64,000 nt of DNA from Octopus sinensis (GCF_006345805.1 NC_042997.1:71300001-71364000); one strand, 5' to 3'. Positions 10,814-25,597 are shown, numbered from the stretch's first letter. The notes: a model not told the origin generated them from the letters alone. Made by a program: numbers and translations.

Positions 10814-12987
10814 AATCAGGTTTTACTGATGTTTTGCTTATCTCCGAACTTCCCATCTTACTTTCTGTATCTATCCATCTACTAGCTCGAGAGAAATTTT
10901 AAACACTTCACACAACTGCTAACATGCGTAAAATAATCCCTTGGACCTTTATGTATTTTGAATGTAACTTTCATATCTTATTCATTGGCATATCTGATAT
11001 CCTGAAATGTACTGAAAAGAACTTCTAACTTAGAGCCGTACGGAAGGTCAGAATGGAAATGTGGAGACTGAAATACGATCTTTCTACATGAAAAATATCA
11101 TTAGTCAGTTGTTAGTTTATAAAATCTTGAAATCTTAAGAATCAATATTTGTGATTGGAAAATTTATTTCTTCTCTCACAAGAACATCAATGTTATAACG
11201 TTGTCACATCCTTACGCAATGCTTACATGTTTGTTTCTGACATAAACACAAGGCTAATAGACTCTGAGATATTAAGGAATGAGATTGTTTAACATTTATC
11301 GAGTTTTTGCCAGTTCATTAATAGCATAATCTATCTTGGATTTAGCTGATTGCTGTTGTTTTGGCGTCTACCCAGCACTGACGTTGAGAAGAGCTATGAT
11401 TAACGGTATTCTAATAGTGTAATCCTGTTTAGATTTTTGAATGTGCATTGAAGGCTACATTCCAAAATATGACCTTCTAATTTTAAAGCTGTAGTGAGTA
11501 ATTTGAAAGGGATTTCATTTCTATTTTTAACAGAAAAAGTAAATGCATTGTAGCTTCATCGTAGGTTCACGAATTGTAGTTGCATGATGTCCGTGTCATT
11601 CTTATGTGCTTTAGTGATGACATAGAGATAGACAAAATTGGGAATTGTGTTAGTTACAGAATCAGCTTCGTCAGAAGTTCAGGTCTGTCATCACAACTTT
11701 AGTATATATCAATATTTCAAGAGAGAGAAACAGAATAGGAAGCGGAACATTCGGGATTTCCTATGGGCGAGCTAAGTGATTTGAAGAAGTTTTTACTGGG
11801 TTCATTTGAAATCCATGCAAGCAGCCAAAATACTCATCTAATGGCCTGAGATTTATGCTATGATGTGAAATAATATGTATTTCTCAATTACATTAGCTTT
11901 GTAAAGTAAATTAACTGCAACAGTAATAGATAAGAATCGAAACCGAACCCTGGTGCATTCAGTTTCCCTTGAAGTGGAAAACGTTCATCAGTCTGTATTA
12001 AGTTACGAAAAGACATGCACGTAAGTTTTCCAGCTAGGAACAGTGATAGTAACACAAGCACACATTAACACATTCATACATAAACACATACACACATGTG
12101 AGTGCGTGTATGCATGTGTATGCGGTAACTATAGAGAGAAATTTCCATGTACACAAATACACACATATACGCAAATGTATGTGTTTATACACACACACAT
12201 TTATTGTTTTGTCAGTTTCTTTTTCCCTGAGCAAAGTGAGTATGCAGATTTAGTGTTAGTCAGTTGTTGGAGGATGTGCTACACATGTGTATGTATACAG
12301 AATCACTAAAGGTGTTGATATGTTCAATTAGCTAACAGCAATAAATTTGCAGATAGCATCTACTTCATTAAAAATCCCCAACGAGAATTCAACACACTTG
12401 TATGTCAACATTATCTTGTCGTTTTTACAACCACTTTATCTTGATCGAGATTAAAGGTGGTATTCAATAAGATAGCTGTCCTGGTTTTTCTTTTCGTTGA
12501 TGATGTTGTTGTTGTCGTTGTCCCTGTTGTGTCACGTCGTTGTTGTTGCCATTGTTGCTCTTGTCATCATCGTCATCAGGCAAAGCCGACTGAAGATAAT
12601 AAAATATTTCAGAAGTACCGATATGGTGGCAATGTTCAAATTTTTTTTTTCTCCTGGATAGTCACCAATTCAGTTTCGTCAATCGCTTGAAGCTAATTCA
12701 TTTCGTACAAATCTTAAATGGGTGAAATAATAATAAAAAAAAACTCTGGTTGATCGTGTGCTTGGTTCTGATCCAAGAAACCAAATGCTCGTGAATTTTT
12801 TTCTCACTCCTGTGAAACTTTAAGCAATGCATTTCTATATCAAATATTTCACTACATAATAATTCAATTCATACATAGAAACATACTTAGATACATGCAT
12901 GCATGCATATATACATACACGCATTCATATATGCATGCACATATATAAATTATATATATTTTATAAATATACGCATACGTGTCTCTC

Positions 12988-13049
<62 letters not shown>

Positions 13050-13077
13050 AAATATATATGACAGCATATCCAGGATG

Positions 13078-14109
13078 TGCTATGCAGAAAATTAGTGGTG
13101 AAAGTGAGTCACATTGGAAAATGCCACAGTTTATGCTAATATTGTTTGAGCGCAATTCTCCACTTGAATGATATAATTGGAGCTTCGTGTTCCATAGTGA
13201 CATATTATACTTTAAAAAATCTGAAATCACAGGAGAAATTTTGAAAATGTCCAGCGATTTCAGAATCCACGAATGTGGTATGCTCTCAAAGGCTTTTTTG
13301 TAATCAATCCATGAAGAACTGAGATTTCTGCGCTTATTATGGCAGTTCTCAAGGATCATGCGATTAATTAGGAGCTGATCATTGCTTCCGTATGAGCCTC
13401 GTCTGCATCTTCTTTGTTCAGTGGGAAAGAGGTTATTCTCTTCCATAAACGTATATAGTTTTCTACACTAGAATAGATGTCAAAATCTTATAGGTAGTAG
13501 ACAAACATGTTATAGGCCGGTAGTTTTTTTGTGGTCTCGTTATTTTGGGGGAGGAGGTAAGTAATACCATTTGCCATCCAATGGGGAGTTTTTTTTTTTC
13601 GGGTCTTTCATAATACTATTAAATAGTATTACTAACATTTTGTGTGCGGACGAGAGTGATGAGAGCCAGAAATTTGGTGCTCTATCAATACCAGGGGATT
13701 TCCACTTATGAGCCTTCGTTAGTGCCCTCCTTAGGTCGGCGATTGAGATGTCTTCACATACCTGTTCATGTAGATTTTTGTAGGCATCTTGGCTGTGTTT
13801 GATCTGGTATGCATTTTCATTGTATGGTTTCTCATTATTCCAGATCCCTTTCCAAAAGTTTTCAACTTCTTCCATTAGGGTTGGATTTTCAATGGTTATT
13901 TTTCTTTCCCTATTTCCCAGTAAAATGATTTGGCATTGGATTTGAACATGTTATTTTGCTTGTAGCATTTGATACTTTTCTCAAATCTGCGTATTCTCTG
14001 AGCTTTTGCTTGAACTTTTTGTTTAAGTGTTTCTTTCGCTGAGATTAGTTCTTCTCTTGTTGAGAGTCCATATTTTCTCACAATCTTCCTGTCTTTTCTT
14101 GATCTTACA
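13078..14109 (-). mobile_element. R4/Dong-like pre-RT and RT fragment, truncated at both ends
   Basis: Motifs [64 protein letters not shown] and GIFQCDSLSPLIFC are present. The 5' end abuts (TAA)n. Confidence 0.88.
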
Positions 14110-14166
14110 TTATTATTATTATTATTATATTATTATTATTATTATATTATTATTATTATTATTATT

Positions 14167-15878
14167 CCTTCGTAACACAGTGTAGGTAAAAATGCACCGG
14201 AGTCTTTAGTCATCTGTCACAACGAGGATCTCAGACAAATAATACTTTTCATAAGATGTGCGCTGTGCCCAATAAGGCTGCTTTTTGCAAGACATCAATC
14301 TTGCATGGGATTTCCAGTTGCTTTAAGAAGTTTTGAAGTTTCAATGGCATTGAGCCCACCTCTCCGATCACCACTGGTATCACTTTTACATTACCCTTTC
14401 GCATTCCATGTAGTCTTGCCATTCCACGTTCAAGTCGGAGTTCTTGGTGATTTTTCACCCCCTTTACTAACCAACATTCATGTCATTTGATATGGCTACA
14501 TCAATGATCTGACAGTATTTCTCTCTCTTATTCAATATGACAATATCCGGCCGACAGTGTTCGATTACACGATCCGTCAGAAAATCATAGTCCCAGAGTA
14601 TCGTTACTTTTCCATCCTCCTGCATAACTTTACTAGGTACATGCTCACACATGTTCTCTGTTAATTCACATTGGTGTTTACGGCATAAGATACACACACT
14701 TTATCGTGGCGGCGCTTGTATTCTTTTTGAGCAAGGCTCTCACACCCTCTTACCAAGTAGATTACATTTTCCACACTCTTTCCACAGAGTCTGCATTTCT
14801 GGGTCTCAGAAGTTTTATAGATATTATAATTCACTGACTTGGTAGGGAGAGCCTGATTTTGTGCAGCAATGATCAGGCTTTCGGTGGTACGCTTCAAATC
14901 ACCTCGCTCAAACCATGCCTATGATGCTGTATTATCCTTAACGTCTTGTGTATTCCTTTCAAACTGTCCATGCATTCTTATTTCAAGGTCTTCTTTTTGC
15001 TTCTCCTCAGCTCTTTGGTTAAACTCTTCCTTGCATTTACATCCATAAACTCACCTGCATTTACAACCATATCGTTCGTGGCATATTGCAGCAGGTCTTC
15101 ATTACTATTTATCAAATACTCAGCAAGCATTCCCCTTTCACACCTTATACAATGGTCTATACTAATTAGTCCTCTACCACCATTCTTTCTTTTCATATAC
15201 AGTCTGATAACGTTTGCTTTAGGCTGTAGCACCTCATGCAGCGTCATCAACTTTCCCGTCCTATTCAGTGTTGATATTTCCTCCTTAGTTCATTTGAGGA
15301 TGGACGCATTATATCTGGCCACCGCAACTGCCCAGAAATTCATTGCGGTAATCAAATTTTGGGCATTCAGGTTGGATTTCAACACCATCTTCACACTTTT
15401 TTGATAGAATTCGCTGACCTTGAAATTAATTTCTCTGTGTAGAATGTCATTCAGCGCCAAAATCCCTAAATATCTATACCCACTACCGTCGGGTTCACCC
15501 ATGGTCTTTCCTGATGGTAACCACAATCCTCTGCAGGCTCCTTTCTTCCTTCATTTCATATTAAGTATTGAGCATTTGGTAATCCCATACCGATGTCCCT
15601 ACCACACTTCTGGACTGTTTTGGTTAAGAAATCTATCTTTTTTTCAGATTTCCCAACCAATTTCAGGTCATCCATAAACAGGAGATGGCTCAATGATGGG
15701 CCTTTCTTCCCACATCGGTAACCCATCTAAACTTTCCTAAGTGCCATTGTTATGGGTATTAGTGCAATTACAAATAGTAACGGAGAAAACGAGTCACTTT
15801 GGAGAATTCCCCTTTTAATATTAACTTCTCCAAGCAATGCATTGCTTCAGTACAATCTGGTTTTCCATTCTTTCATAC
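14167..15878 (-). mobile_element. R4/Dong-like RT C-term plus RLE, 5'-truncated, (TAA)n on both sides
   Basis: Motifs YRYLGI, LYMKRKNGGRGL, TESLIIAAQNQAL, CRLCGKSVENV...EYKRRHDKV, RPDIVILNK..IIDVAI and VIPVVIG are present. Confidence 0.9.
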
Positions 15879-16036
15879 TATTATTATTATTATTATTATT
15901 GTTGTTGTTGTTGTTGTTGTTGTTGTCGTTGTTGCTGTTGTTGTTGTTGTTGTTGTTATTGTTGTCGTCGTTGTTGTTGTTGTTGATGTCGTTGTTGTTG
16001 TTGATGTCGTTGTTGTTGTTGTTGTTGTTGTTGTTA
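15879..16036. repeat. (TAT)n/(GTT)n compound trinucleotide repeat
   Basis: Directly visible. Confidence 0.95.
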
Positions 16037-17269
16037 TATTTGAGAAAATATGTATCATGTTTATACTGATATATATGCATAATGCATATGTTTGTATGTA
16101 CTTCTGCGTTTGCTTGCAAATAAAGGGACACTATTTTTCATACCAATCTAAGAAATATATTTCTTTGTATTTAACTTAACTCGTTTTATTCAATTTTCTC
16201 TTTTACTTTCTTCTTTTAATATAACAGATTCCAGTTATAACTTCTACAGCATTACTATCCTTCACAAAGGTTATTTTGGATTCGAGAGTATCAGCTGGCC
16301 AAATCAGCTGGGTGTTAAATTACAGATCACAAGGTTAATGGACTGTATATTCTATTGCCGGAACTTTGTATTGTTCGTGGCTTGACCCATTAACTCTCGC
16401 TAACTCAGTTTACATTTCTATGAATACAAGATAACATTTCGTACGTCCACTTATTGTTTGATACTGCTGCAGCTGTTGTTGTTATTGTTATTATTGTCGT
16501 TTAGCTTTAGATTGTAATGACGAAATAAACGTATGGTCAAAGGTATTCCAACCATAACCATCCCGTCTTATGTTTTATAATTTCAATATGATGTTACCTT
16601 TATTGAAGATGTTATTGAGATCTGAAGTCGATTTAAATAGCTTTCAAAAGCGGATCGAGGGACAATGGAGAAGGTTTTCCTTTAGCCAGTTAGAGAAAAT
16701 ATAAAGCTACGATGCTATATAAATTAGCTATGTGTTAACTATTTGTATTAAATTGAATTAAATCACTTGGCCGATAATAAACTTCGGAAAACAATCGCAA
16801 CATAATGACAGCATGCAACCAGGTCAAATCGCAATTGAAATCATGTAACTGGAATCAATATCTTCCTCTGATCGCTGGATAACAACAGCCCATCGATTGC
16901 ATCTATGTTTCTCTCTGATTAGTTACTGACCACCCAGTGTTATACATGACTGAGAACCGACTTAGACAGCCACCAAAAAGTTGAATCTTCCTTATACCAC
17001 TGAAACTAGACTTCAACAGAACGGTGCAAAGTATTTTCGTATAAATTTTGTCAAGCATTTTGTAAATGTCTTCTTGAAAACTGAAATATTATTGATATTT
17101 ATAAAGAGAGGAAAACAGAAGTGTGTAAGTATGTTGATATTTCCACCAGCTTTACTAGCATAACGAATATGAAGTGAAGTGAAACTCTTGTAATGCAACG
17201 GAGAAATGAAACAGGATTCACTTTCAAAATGAACTTCGCGTCGGGGATAATAATTTAGTATGTAAATGC

Positions 17270-17435
17270 AGTGATGGCAACGATGATGATGAGGCTGTGT
17301 TATATTGACAGCTATGGAAGCAGAGAGAAGGATATGACGTTATCAATGTTAATGATAACGATGCAGCTATTGAAAAAGATTATGTGGAAATGATGATGCT
17401 GATGAGTGGAGGAGGGGGAAGGAGAGTAATGAAAA

Positions 17436-17469
<34 letters not shown>

Positions 17470-18060
17470 CGACGCCGACGATGACGACAACGTCAACGAC
17501 AATGACAACGATAATGACGTTAATGATATTGATGATGCCGACAGCTACCACTTTAGAAGTGTCATTGTTGATACTCCTGCTGGTGCTGGTACAGCTACTC
17601 ATAATGATGACGATGATGATGACGATGATGATGAAGAGGATATAGAGGAGAAGGGGAGAAGGAAAAGGGGAGGACGAGAAGAAGCAGCAGGGTGAGTATT
17701 ATTAGGCTACTTCTATAGACATCAATCACATGACCATGATTAAAGTTATGATTACGGTAATGATGATGATGTCCATGATGAAGGAGACCAAAGACGATGA
17801 TGACGATGACTAGGATGATGATGAGGAGGAGGAGGATGATAAAGATGACGGTGACGATGTTGATGATGATGATCATCATCATCATCATTGTCGTCATCAT
17901 CATAAGGTGGCGATATAAGGTGGGATAATGGTGGCGTCGACGGAATGACAATTATGGTGACGGTTATGAAGGTCATGATCAAGATAAAGATATGATGATG
18001 GCGATGGCGATCTTGATGATGAGAAGAAATGATACTGCGCACAGGATACGTTGATCGTAT
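17270..18060. repeat. degenerate (GAT/GAC/GAG)n low-complexity tract
   Basis: Directly visible. The poly-D, poly-M and poly-H ORFs in all frames are artefacts. Confidence 0.85.
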
Positions 18061-18339
18061 CCCAACAAGCCCAGTTCTTTACTGTTGTCGCTGTTATTGT
18101 TCTTGCTGTTGCTACTGTCCTTTGCTGTTCCAAAACTTATGTATTCCGTTATTTTGCTGCTACTGTTATTATTATTTTCAAAAGCCTACACACATACATG
18201 TAAGTGTATATATATATATGTATGTATATATAGATGTAGATATATGTGTATGTATATGTGTATGTATGTATATATATATACACATATACATACATATGAT
18301 ATAACATGATATATATAATACATATACCACACCACACAC

Positions 18340-18461
<122 letters not shown>

Positions 18462-18975
18462 AATATGGACAATAGATATGATATTCTGAAAATTTTATAT
18501 ACACATATACATACATATGTATATATAAATGTATATATATATACATATACACCACACACACACATATATATATTAATTATAATATATATATATATATAGA
18601 TATATTTTATATAAATATATATAATATATATATATTATAATATATTATATACATGTAAATATGCACATATAGATATGATATTCTGAAAATTTTCCATATT
18701 TTATTTTCTTACGCGAATACACACGTTTCTTTGGGCGAATATACATATACAGACATATGTATATGTATTTAATCTATACATACGCATATACATGTATACA
18801 TGTATTTGTGTGTGTGATTATGCAATATATTATATATATATTAAGATAGGAGAGAGAGAGAGAGAGAAAGAGAGAAGAGAGAGACTGGGAAGAGGTATAC
18901 ATTTATTTACATTTATATCTACAGATATATAATAGAGAGCGAGAAGACTGGGGAAGAGGTATTACATATTTACAC

Positions 18976-19006
<31 letters not shown>

Positions 19007-19069
19007 ATACTATAGATATATATATATATAATATATATAATATATATATATATTATATATATATTATAT

Positions 19070-19123
<54 letters not shown>

Positions 19124-20219
19124 CATATATATATATATATACATACACATATTCAAACAGCAATATATGCATACATATAATATGCACATATAATCGAATA
19201 AATAAAAATAATAATCAGATATATATAATTTTTAAAATATATATTCCTGCATTCAATGAAAACATTGGGGGACAGGAAAGGAACCTTTTGCTAGAAAATG
19301 TGAGAGTCTACGTGCTAGCAATTGTTAGTGGATCGCGCTAGAAAATGCCGGAAGCGCACTGCTTTGATGCTTTGCTTTGGAAATACTTCAGTCTATCTCT
19401 TCAGATTAAAATCGGTCTTCTTTAGTCGAAGGCTCTTATTTATTTATTTGTATTTTTACATACACACAAACATGCACACACACACACAGACACATACACA
19501 CACACACATTCACTCTTATACGCTCGCATACACATACATAGGTACACGATCATTATCGCCATCACTACCACGGTCTCCATCAACAACAGCAAAAACATCA
19601 CAGCCACGTGCACCATACTATTGCCATAAACTCTGGTCGTCACCGACGCTAACACCAAACCACTACCTCCTCAGCCACTACTACCACCACCACTATCGCC
19701 AACACCACCACCATCAACACTATACACTGAAATGAATGTTTCTTTTTTAAACTCGTATCACTTCCCTTGTTCTTAATTTCCTTCCTCTTACTTCTACTCC
19801 TTCCTTCCTCAGTCTTACTTCCTAGTTTCTACATATCCCTCTATCTTTCTTCCTTTGGATATTACACAATCATCAACTTCGTGTTGTTGTTGTTGTTCCT
19901 CTTCTTCTTCACCTTCTCCTCCTCCTTCTTCATTTTCCTTTACTTTCTTCATCTTTTCACCTCAATTTCTTTTGATATTACTCCTTCCTCTACCTCTTTT
20001 TATTCCATTATCCCTAAATGCCTTCAACATACAGGTTTTCGCTCATCTTCTACCTCATCCACTGAGATGCACAGGTAAGTATATAATGCATTGCATACAT
20101 GAATGCATGCGTGCAGGCATTCGTGTAGCATGCATACGTGCATTTTATACTTCCATCCATATAACATCCAGTGCGGCAAATCCTACACGCAAACTTTCTG
20201 AATCTTGCCGGCTATTCCG

Positions 20220-20265
<46 letters not shown>

Positions 20266-20266
<1 letters not shown>

Positions 20267-21365
20267 GGAAAGAATTCACAAAACAAAAAAGACTAAGACA
20301 GGTGGTATAGACAACAAACAGATGTATTAGTATAACGCTCGGGAAGTGAAAAAGTCTTTAACGTTTCGAGCCTACGCTCTTCCACAGAAACGAACACAAA
20401 GAAACAAAGAGAGAAAATAAAGAATGTGTAGTGGCTAGCGATCTATCATGGTGATCTATATATATATATATCTTTGTGAGTGTGTCTGCGTGTATGTGTG
20501 TGTGGGGGTATATATATATATATATATGATAAAACGCGTTTATATAAAGTTTTGGAGATATATCCACAAACCTTATGAACGCCGTTTTCATGTTCTGTTA
20601 AGCATTTTTCGCTGTTTTATTAGGGATGCTGACTAATTCCTCTTTTGTTTCAGATTTGGAATTATTACAAAGTATTCCTTTGGCTTTCGTTGTTGATTAT
20701 TCTCTTCTTTACTTTAGAGAGATAATCTTTTGAATTTTCTATTTCCACAAATTTCTCGATGTTCATGGAACCATTCTAAGAATATATTCTTTGACTTTTT
20801 GTATATGGACCCTAACGCAGTCTCTTAATTTTAATCCATTTTGGCCGATATAATTCTCACTACATGTGACATACAATGGTAATGCAGTAAATGATTTGTC
20901 TTTTCTTCTGTTTTTTTCCTATGCTTTGCAATTCATATTTACATTAACTTTAATTCCTTCCCATTTTTACATGTTTATGTTTAACTCTGTTCATTTAATT
21001 CACATTCCCTTCTGCAGCGAAGGTCCCATACTTCGTTACCTGCATTATTTCTTCTGATATAAATTTCCCCTTAGTGCGTTTTTTAAGAAATGTTATTTAT
21101 CTGCGACTTTCAATAATTTGTAACTTTTATATTCATATTTGTAGTAAGAGTTGCTCACTTTTGCCACAAATGTCATAAGTTCATCTTTGTACTACTGACC
21201 ATTCCTCTCCATCAACAACCCGTTCGTTCAAATCCCCTTCTATTCATTTTAACTATTATGTCATTTTTATAAGTAGTGGAGTTCTGTTTGAACTTTAGGT
21301 GCAAACTGTAATTTCAGTACTTTACAATTTTCACTTGTTTTTGTGAGATCAATAGTTCTTGCCAT
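20266..21365 (-). mobile_element. Penelope-like element relic (GIY-YIG endonuclease plus terminal region)
   Basis: Minus strand 20630-21100 reads, across frameshifts, IYCIT...CSENYIGQNGLKLRE....EH....KFK. A probable pLTR segment at 20266-20450 carries a hammerhead-like motif. Confidence 0.6.
20356..20390 (-). ncRNA. hammerhead-like motif with variant core (CUGUGGA)
   Basis: Reads UUU-CUGUGGA-A-GAGC GUAG GCUC-GAAA-CGUU-AAAG. Stem II and GAAA are present, the core is non-canonical and stem I is weak. Confidence 0.35.
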
Positions 21366-21404
21366 GTATGTATGTATGTATGTATGTATGTATGTATGTA
21401 TGTA

Positions 21405-21440
<36 letters not shown>

Positions 21441-21455
21441 TGCATGTATGTATGT

Positions 21456-21810
21456 CATTATTCGGTTTATCTCAAGATTTCTTGCCAATAGAGAAAGAAC
21501 CGATTTTTAACCTAGATCTAAGGTTCCTTCATTGGAATATATATGTATGTATGTACGTACGAACGTACGCATGTATGTATGTATGAATGTATGTGTGTAG
21601 ATTTGTATGTTTTATGTATGTATTCTCAGGCATATAGTTACATATCTAGACATGCTCATATACATTTAAATGATAAACCTCTGGAAATTTTTACAGATAT
21701 TTACAGTTCCAGTGGTGAACTGGATCTGTAGTCTTCGAATTAGCTTTCTCTTTTCTGATTTCGAGAAGCCTAATTTCTCAAGATTGATATTTAGGCAGGG
21801 CCCCGATAAC
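21456..21810 (-). mobile_element. (TACA)n-family R4/Dong-like 3' end, copy 2
   Basis: Matches 9000-9403 and ends ATAAACCGAATAATG followed by (ACAT)n. Embedded in (TATG)n on both sides. Confidence 0.9.
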
Positions 21811-21835
21811 GTATGTGTGTATGTATATATGTATG

Positions 21836-21869
<34 letters not shown>

Positions 21870-21987
21870 TGTATGTATGTATGTATGTATGTATGTACGT
21901 ATGTACGTATGTATGTATGTATGTATGTATGTATGTATGTATGTATGTATGTATGTATGCATGTATGTATATTCTACGTATGTATGT

Positions 21988-22350
21988 CATTATTCAGTTT
22001 TATTTCAAGACATCTTACTGATAGAGAAAGAGCCGGTTTCTAACCTAGATCCAAGGCTCCTTCATTAAAATTTCAACATCCACAGGGTATTTTTGCATGT
22101 ATGTGTGTATATGTGCATTATTTGCAGTTCGTGCATGGAGATATTTATACGATTTGTTTTATGTATATATTCTCAGTCATACAGTTGCATGTCTAGACAT
22201 GCGCTTATATATAAAAATGATAAACTTTTGGAAAGCTCCATAGATTTTTACAGTATGACTTGGGTTTGTAGTCTTGAATCAGCTTTCTCCTTTTTGGTTT
22301 TGAGAAGCCTGATTTCTCAATACTGGTACTAAGACAGTGTGTTATTCTAG
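21988..22350 (-). mobile_element. (TACA)n-family R4/Dong-like 3' end, copy 3
   Basis: Matches 9040-9403 with the same 3' terminus. (TATG)n lies on both sides. Confidence 0.88.
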
Positions 22351-22705
22351 TATGTATGTATGTATGTATGTATGTATGTATGTATGTATGTATGTATGAA
22401 TGTATGAAGGAATGTATTATGTGTAAGCAAATATACTATGGCCTGTTGATTCAGCTCACATTTCTGTAAAGGAGGCTCCACTTTATTTAACTGCGTGCTC
22501 GATGAGAAACTAGCATGTTTATAACAACGGAAAGAATAGTCGTTGTAATGATACAGTTCAGTAATAAATTGATGTTCAATATATCTGCCTATATTAAAAT
22601 ATTGTCTTAAAATTCTTAGTCTTGTTTCATTAAGAATAACTAAGTTCATTCGATTGGATTTATTCATCCATATAGACACACAAACATACACACTCACATA
22701 CACGC

Positions 22706-22736
<31 letters not shown>

Positions 22737-22738
22737 CA

Positions 22739-22769
<31 letters not shown>

Positions 22770-22774
22770 TTATA

Positions 22775-24300
22775 TGTATGAGCAATTCCCAAACATCAAT
22801 GGAAGTTTATATCGTGACGATTGTCTACTCTACCTTCAAAATGTTTCTAACCTAAAATTACAAAGGGTTAAAAATAGGTTAGTTAAATTCTTCCGAAGCA
22901 TGGGCTTAAACATTATTTCCGATGATGATATAACTAAAGCCAACTTTTTTGGATATTACCCTGAACTTATATAATGATTCATATTTCATAAACCATAAAA
23001 CCTCAACTAATTCAAAATATATTAGCTCTTTCAGTAATTATTCAAAGGTTATTGCATATTGCAAAGAATTTAGAAATATTTCACTTAGACTTCCTAGAAT
23101 ATCTGCTAATGTTGATATCTTCAACGATAAAGCTGAATTTTATAACTCTGTTTTACTTAAAGCAGGCTATAAAGAAAAAATTACCTATATTCACCCTATT
23201 GACATTAATTCTACCTCTATTAACCAGGACGTAAAAATATGTCATAACAGTAATAAAAATATAAATTTTAGTTCGAATAACAACAATAAATCGAAAAATG
23301 TAATTTTGCAGCGTGAGGAAGATAACTGTTCTTTACATCCCTTTATACGTAATAAAAATAAGTCTAAGACTTTTAAAGATAATTACCCTAATAACAAGGT
23401 GTGTTCTAGTAAAACTGTTTGGTTGATAATTTCATATGGTAAGAAGATCAAATCCAACCTCCCTTACCAGTTTCGTAAAGCTATAGATAAGAATTTCCCC
23501 CAAAATTCAAGCTACCATTCTATTATCAATTTACACCGAATTAGGATAGGGTTTTCAAACATCATAAACCTTTCACAAATCATCTCTTCGCATAACAATA
23601 AGTTCTTAAATACAAATTCATTTAATGAAAATAATAACAGTGATATTATTAACGCTAACCATTCTTTGAACAATAATGACAATAATATTAATATTTCTGA
23701 TATAAATTCCAATCGCATTCGTTTCTTTAGCAGTAATTCTAAGACTAGAAACTCTGTTTATCAATGTCAGGTTACTTCCGGTTCTGGTGTCTTTTTTTAC
23801 ATAGGTAGTTCCTCGTCTCAGTTGTTGAAAAGAATATCTAATCATTTCTCTACATTTAGACATAACAATAAACGCAAAAATACTAGGCTTAAAAATTAAT
23901 TTGGTATCTAAAGGAACAATATAAACAATTTGATTTGGAATGAAATATTCTATCTAGATCTTTCCCATATGATAAAGGTAAATCTTTTTAGTCTGCTCTA
24001 TAACGACGAACAATTTCTCATCCTTTCTCACGGTGAATACTCTTGTAAATACGTTTAAAGAACGTGTTTAACGTTGTAAGCATTGGCAAAAGCATACCTT
24101 TAGTTCCTATATAAGTAATTTCTACCAATCTATAAAATTCGACCTTTAACTGTCTTCTTACATTTCATTTCCACTACATATATTTATTTCCACGCTTTTA
24201 AGCTTTATTCCCGTTCATCTATCACACTATATTTCTCCAATCTTAATTTTCTCTTAATTTCTGTCTTTCTCCTCATTCTCTCGCTCTAAATTGCCTTTGA
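22775..24300 (+). mobile_element. Penelope-like retroelement (RT plus C-terminal GIY-YIG; Naiad-like), 5'-truncated, frameshifted
   Basis: Motifs GSLYRDDCLL, FNDKAEFYNSVLLKAGY, VYQCQV....FYIGSSS..LLKRISNHFSTFRH and T.LKN.FWYLK are present. The Naiad assignment rests on recalled motifs only. Confidence 0.8.
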
Positions 24301-25597
24301 CATTAAATCAATTAACGGTTTTTTAAAAAATAACTTGCCAGCGTTCCCCTTCATCACATTCATCACATTCATCACACGTAGAAATCGTATTCGTTTAAAA
24401 TGGCTTATTGGTATGCTTTGTTTCTTTTTTTTCTCTCTGACGAGATGATTGCACTGTTTTACATCTTTTTTTTTTCGAAACATATGTTGAAAGTATAAAG
24501 ATTTGAATAACACCTGCATTTGATTCCATTTCTTAATTTACATACATACAGACAGACATACAGACATACTGACAGACAGACATACATATATATATATATA
24601 TATGAGATCCAGAATCTCTCGGTATAGAAAACACTTAATGACGCTCAAATGATTCGAACTCAGACTCCGATAACTTTACGAGGAACCAGTCCAATTCCAC
24701 GGAGTAAAGAATGTTTATAAGAAGAATCCAGGTGAGCAGATATGGAAGTAATTATACCGATAAACAAATTAAAGAAAACAGCTTTGGTTTGATATACTAC
24801 ACACATATATATATATACATCCATATATGCGTGTGTGTTTGCGCGCGCGCGTATGTGTGTGTGTGTGTGTGTGTATGTAAACAGAAAGAGCAAAGACTGG
24901 AGATTTCAGGCGATGAATATTCAGGAATAAATATTTATATTTATTAATATTCATATATTAATTGGTCAAATTTGCACAAACAAAAATTAAGTGAAGAAAA
25001 TAATGTGTTACAAGTCCAACAGCTGTTTCTGGGGTTCGGAGATCCATCATAACGCTGTAGTTCACCAAAATATGCAGCCAGTAATGTAAGCAAATTAATA
25101 TTGGATAAATCGAGCCTCCGTCATCAGGGTTGAAACAAAATCTTACATTTCAGATCATGATGCAGAAAAGTTTAAACGTGGAATTTTCGTCGTCTGAAAA
25201 TCTTTAATCTTCGCTTTCTTTTTGTTTGCATGTATACATGTATAGATATTTTGTATCTTAAACGCAAAATACATATGTGTGTATGTATGAATGTGTGTGT
25301 AGTTACATACACACATATGTGTATATGTGTGTGCGTATGTGTCTGTACGTGTGTATATGTGTGTGCGTGTGTTGTGTTTGTTGAACAGGCTATCGGTATG
25401 ACGACAACGCAAATATCATCCATAAATTCCTACAGTATAAATATTTGGCAACAGAAGACGGTGAAATTTTCTTTTGGATTCTCTGAAATAAATAATTACC
25501 TGAAATTACGGCCAGATACAGATAGTGACTTTTGCATGTTCATAGTTGTATTGTTAAAGAATTCGGTTAAACCTTCTCTTAAATATAGAAATTATGT

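Noticed and set aside
11955-11995. CTGATGA...GAAA on the minus strand
   Set aside because: There is no stem II closing next to the core and no stem I or III. Chance match. The same applies to CTGANGA hits near 12589, 28326, 38395, 40683, 59395 and 61195.
17270-18060. Acidic Asp-rich ORF (17384-17695) as a biomineralisation-type protein
   Set aside because: It is embedded in a larger degenerate GAT/GAC tract that is open in several frames on both strands, with no signal peptide or splice support.
25015-25130. Two tandem hammerhead-like remnants on the minus strand (CTGATGACGG... and ...CCAGAAACAGCTGT)
   Set aside because: The intact core half and the intact GAAA/stem III half belong to different units and stem I cannot form. 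At most a decayed PLE terminus.
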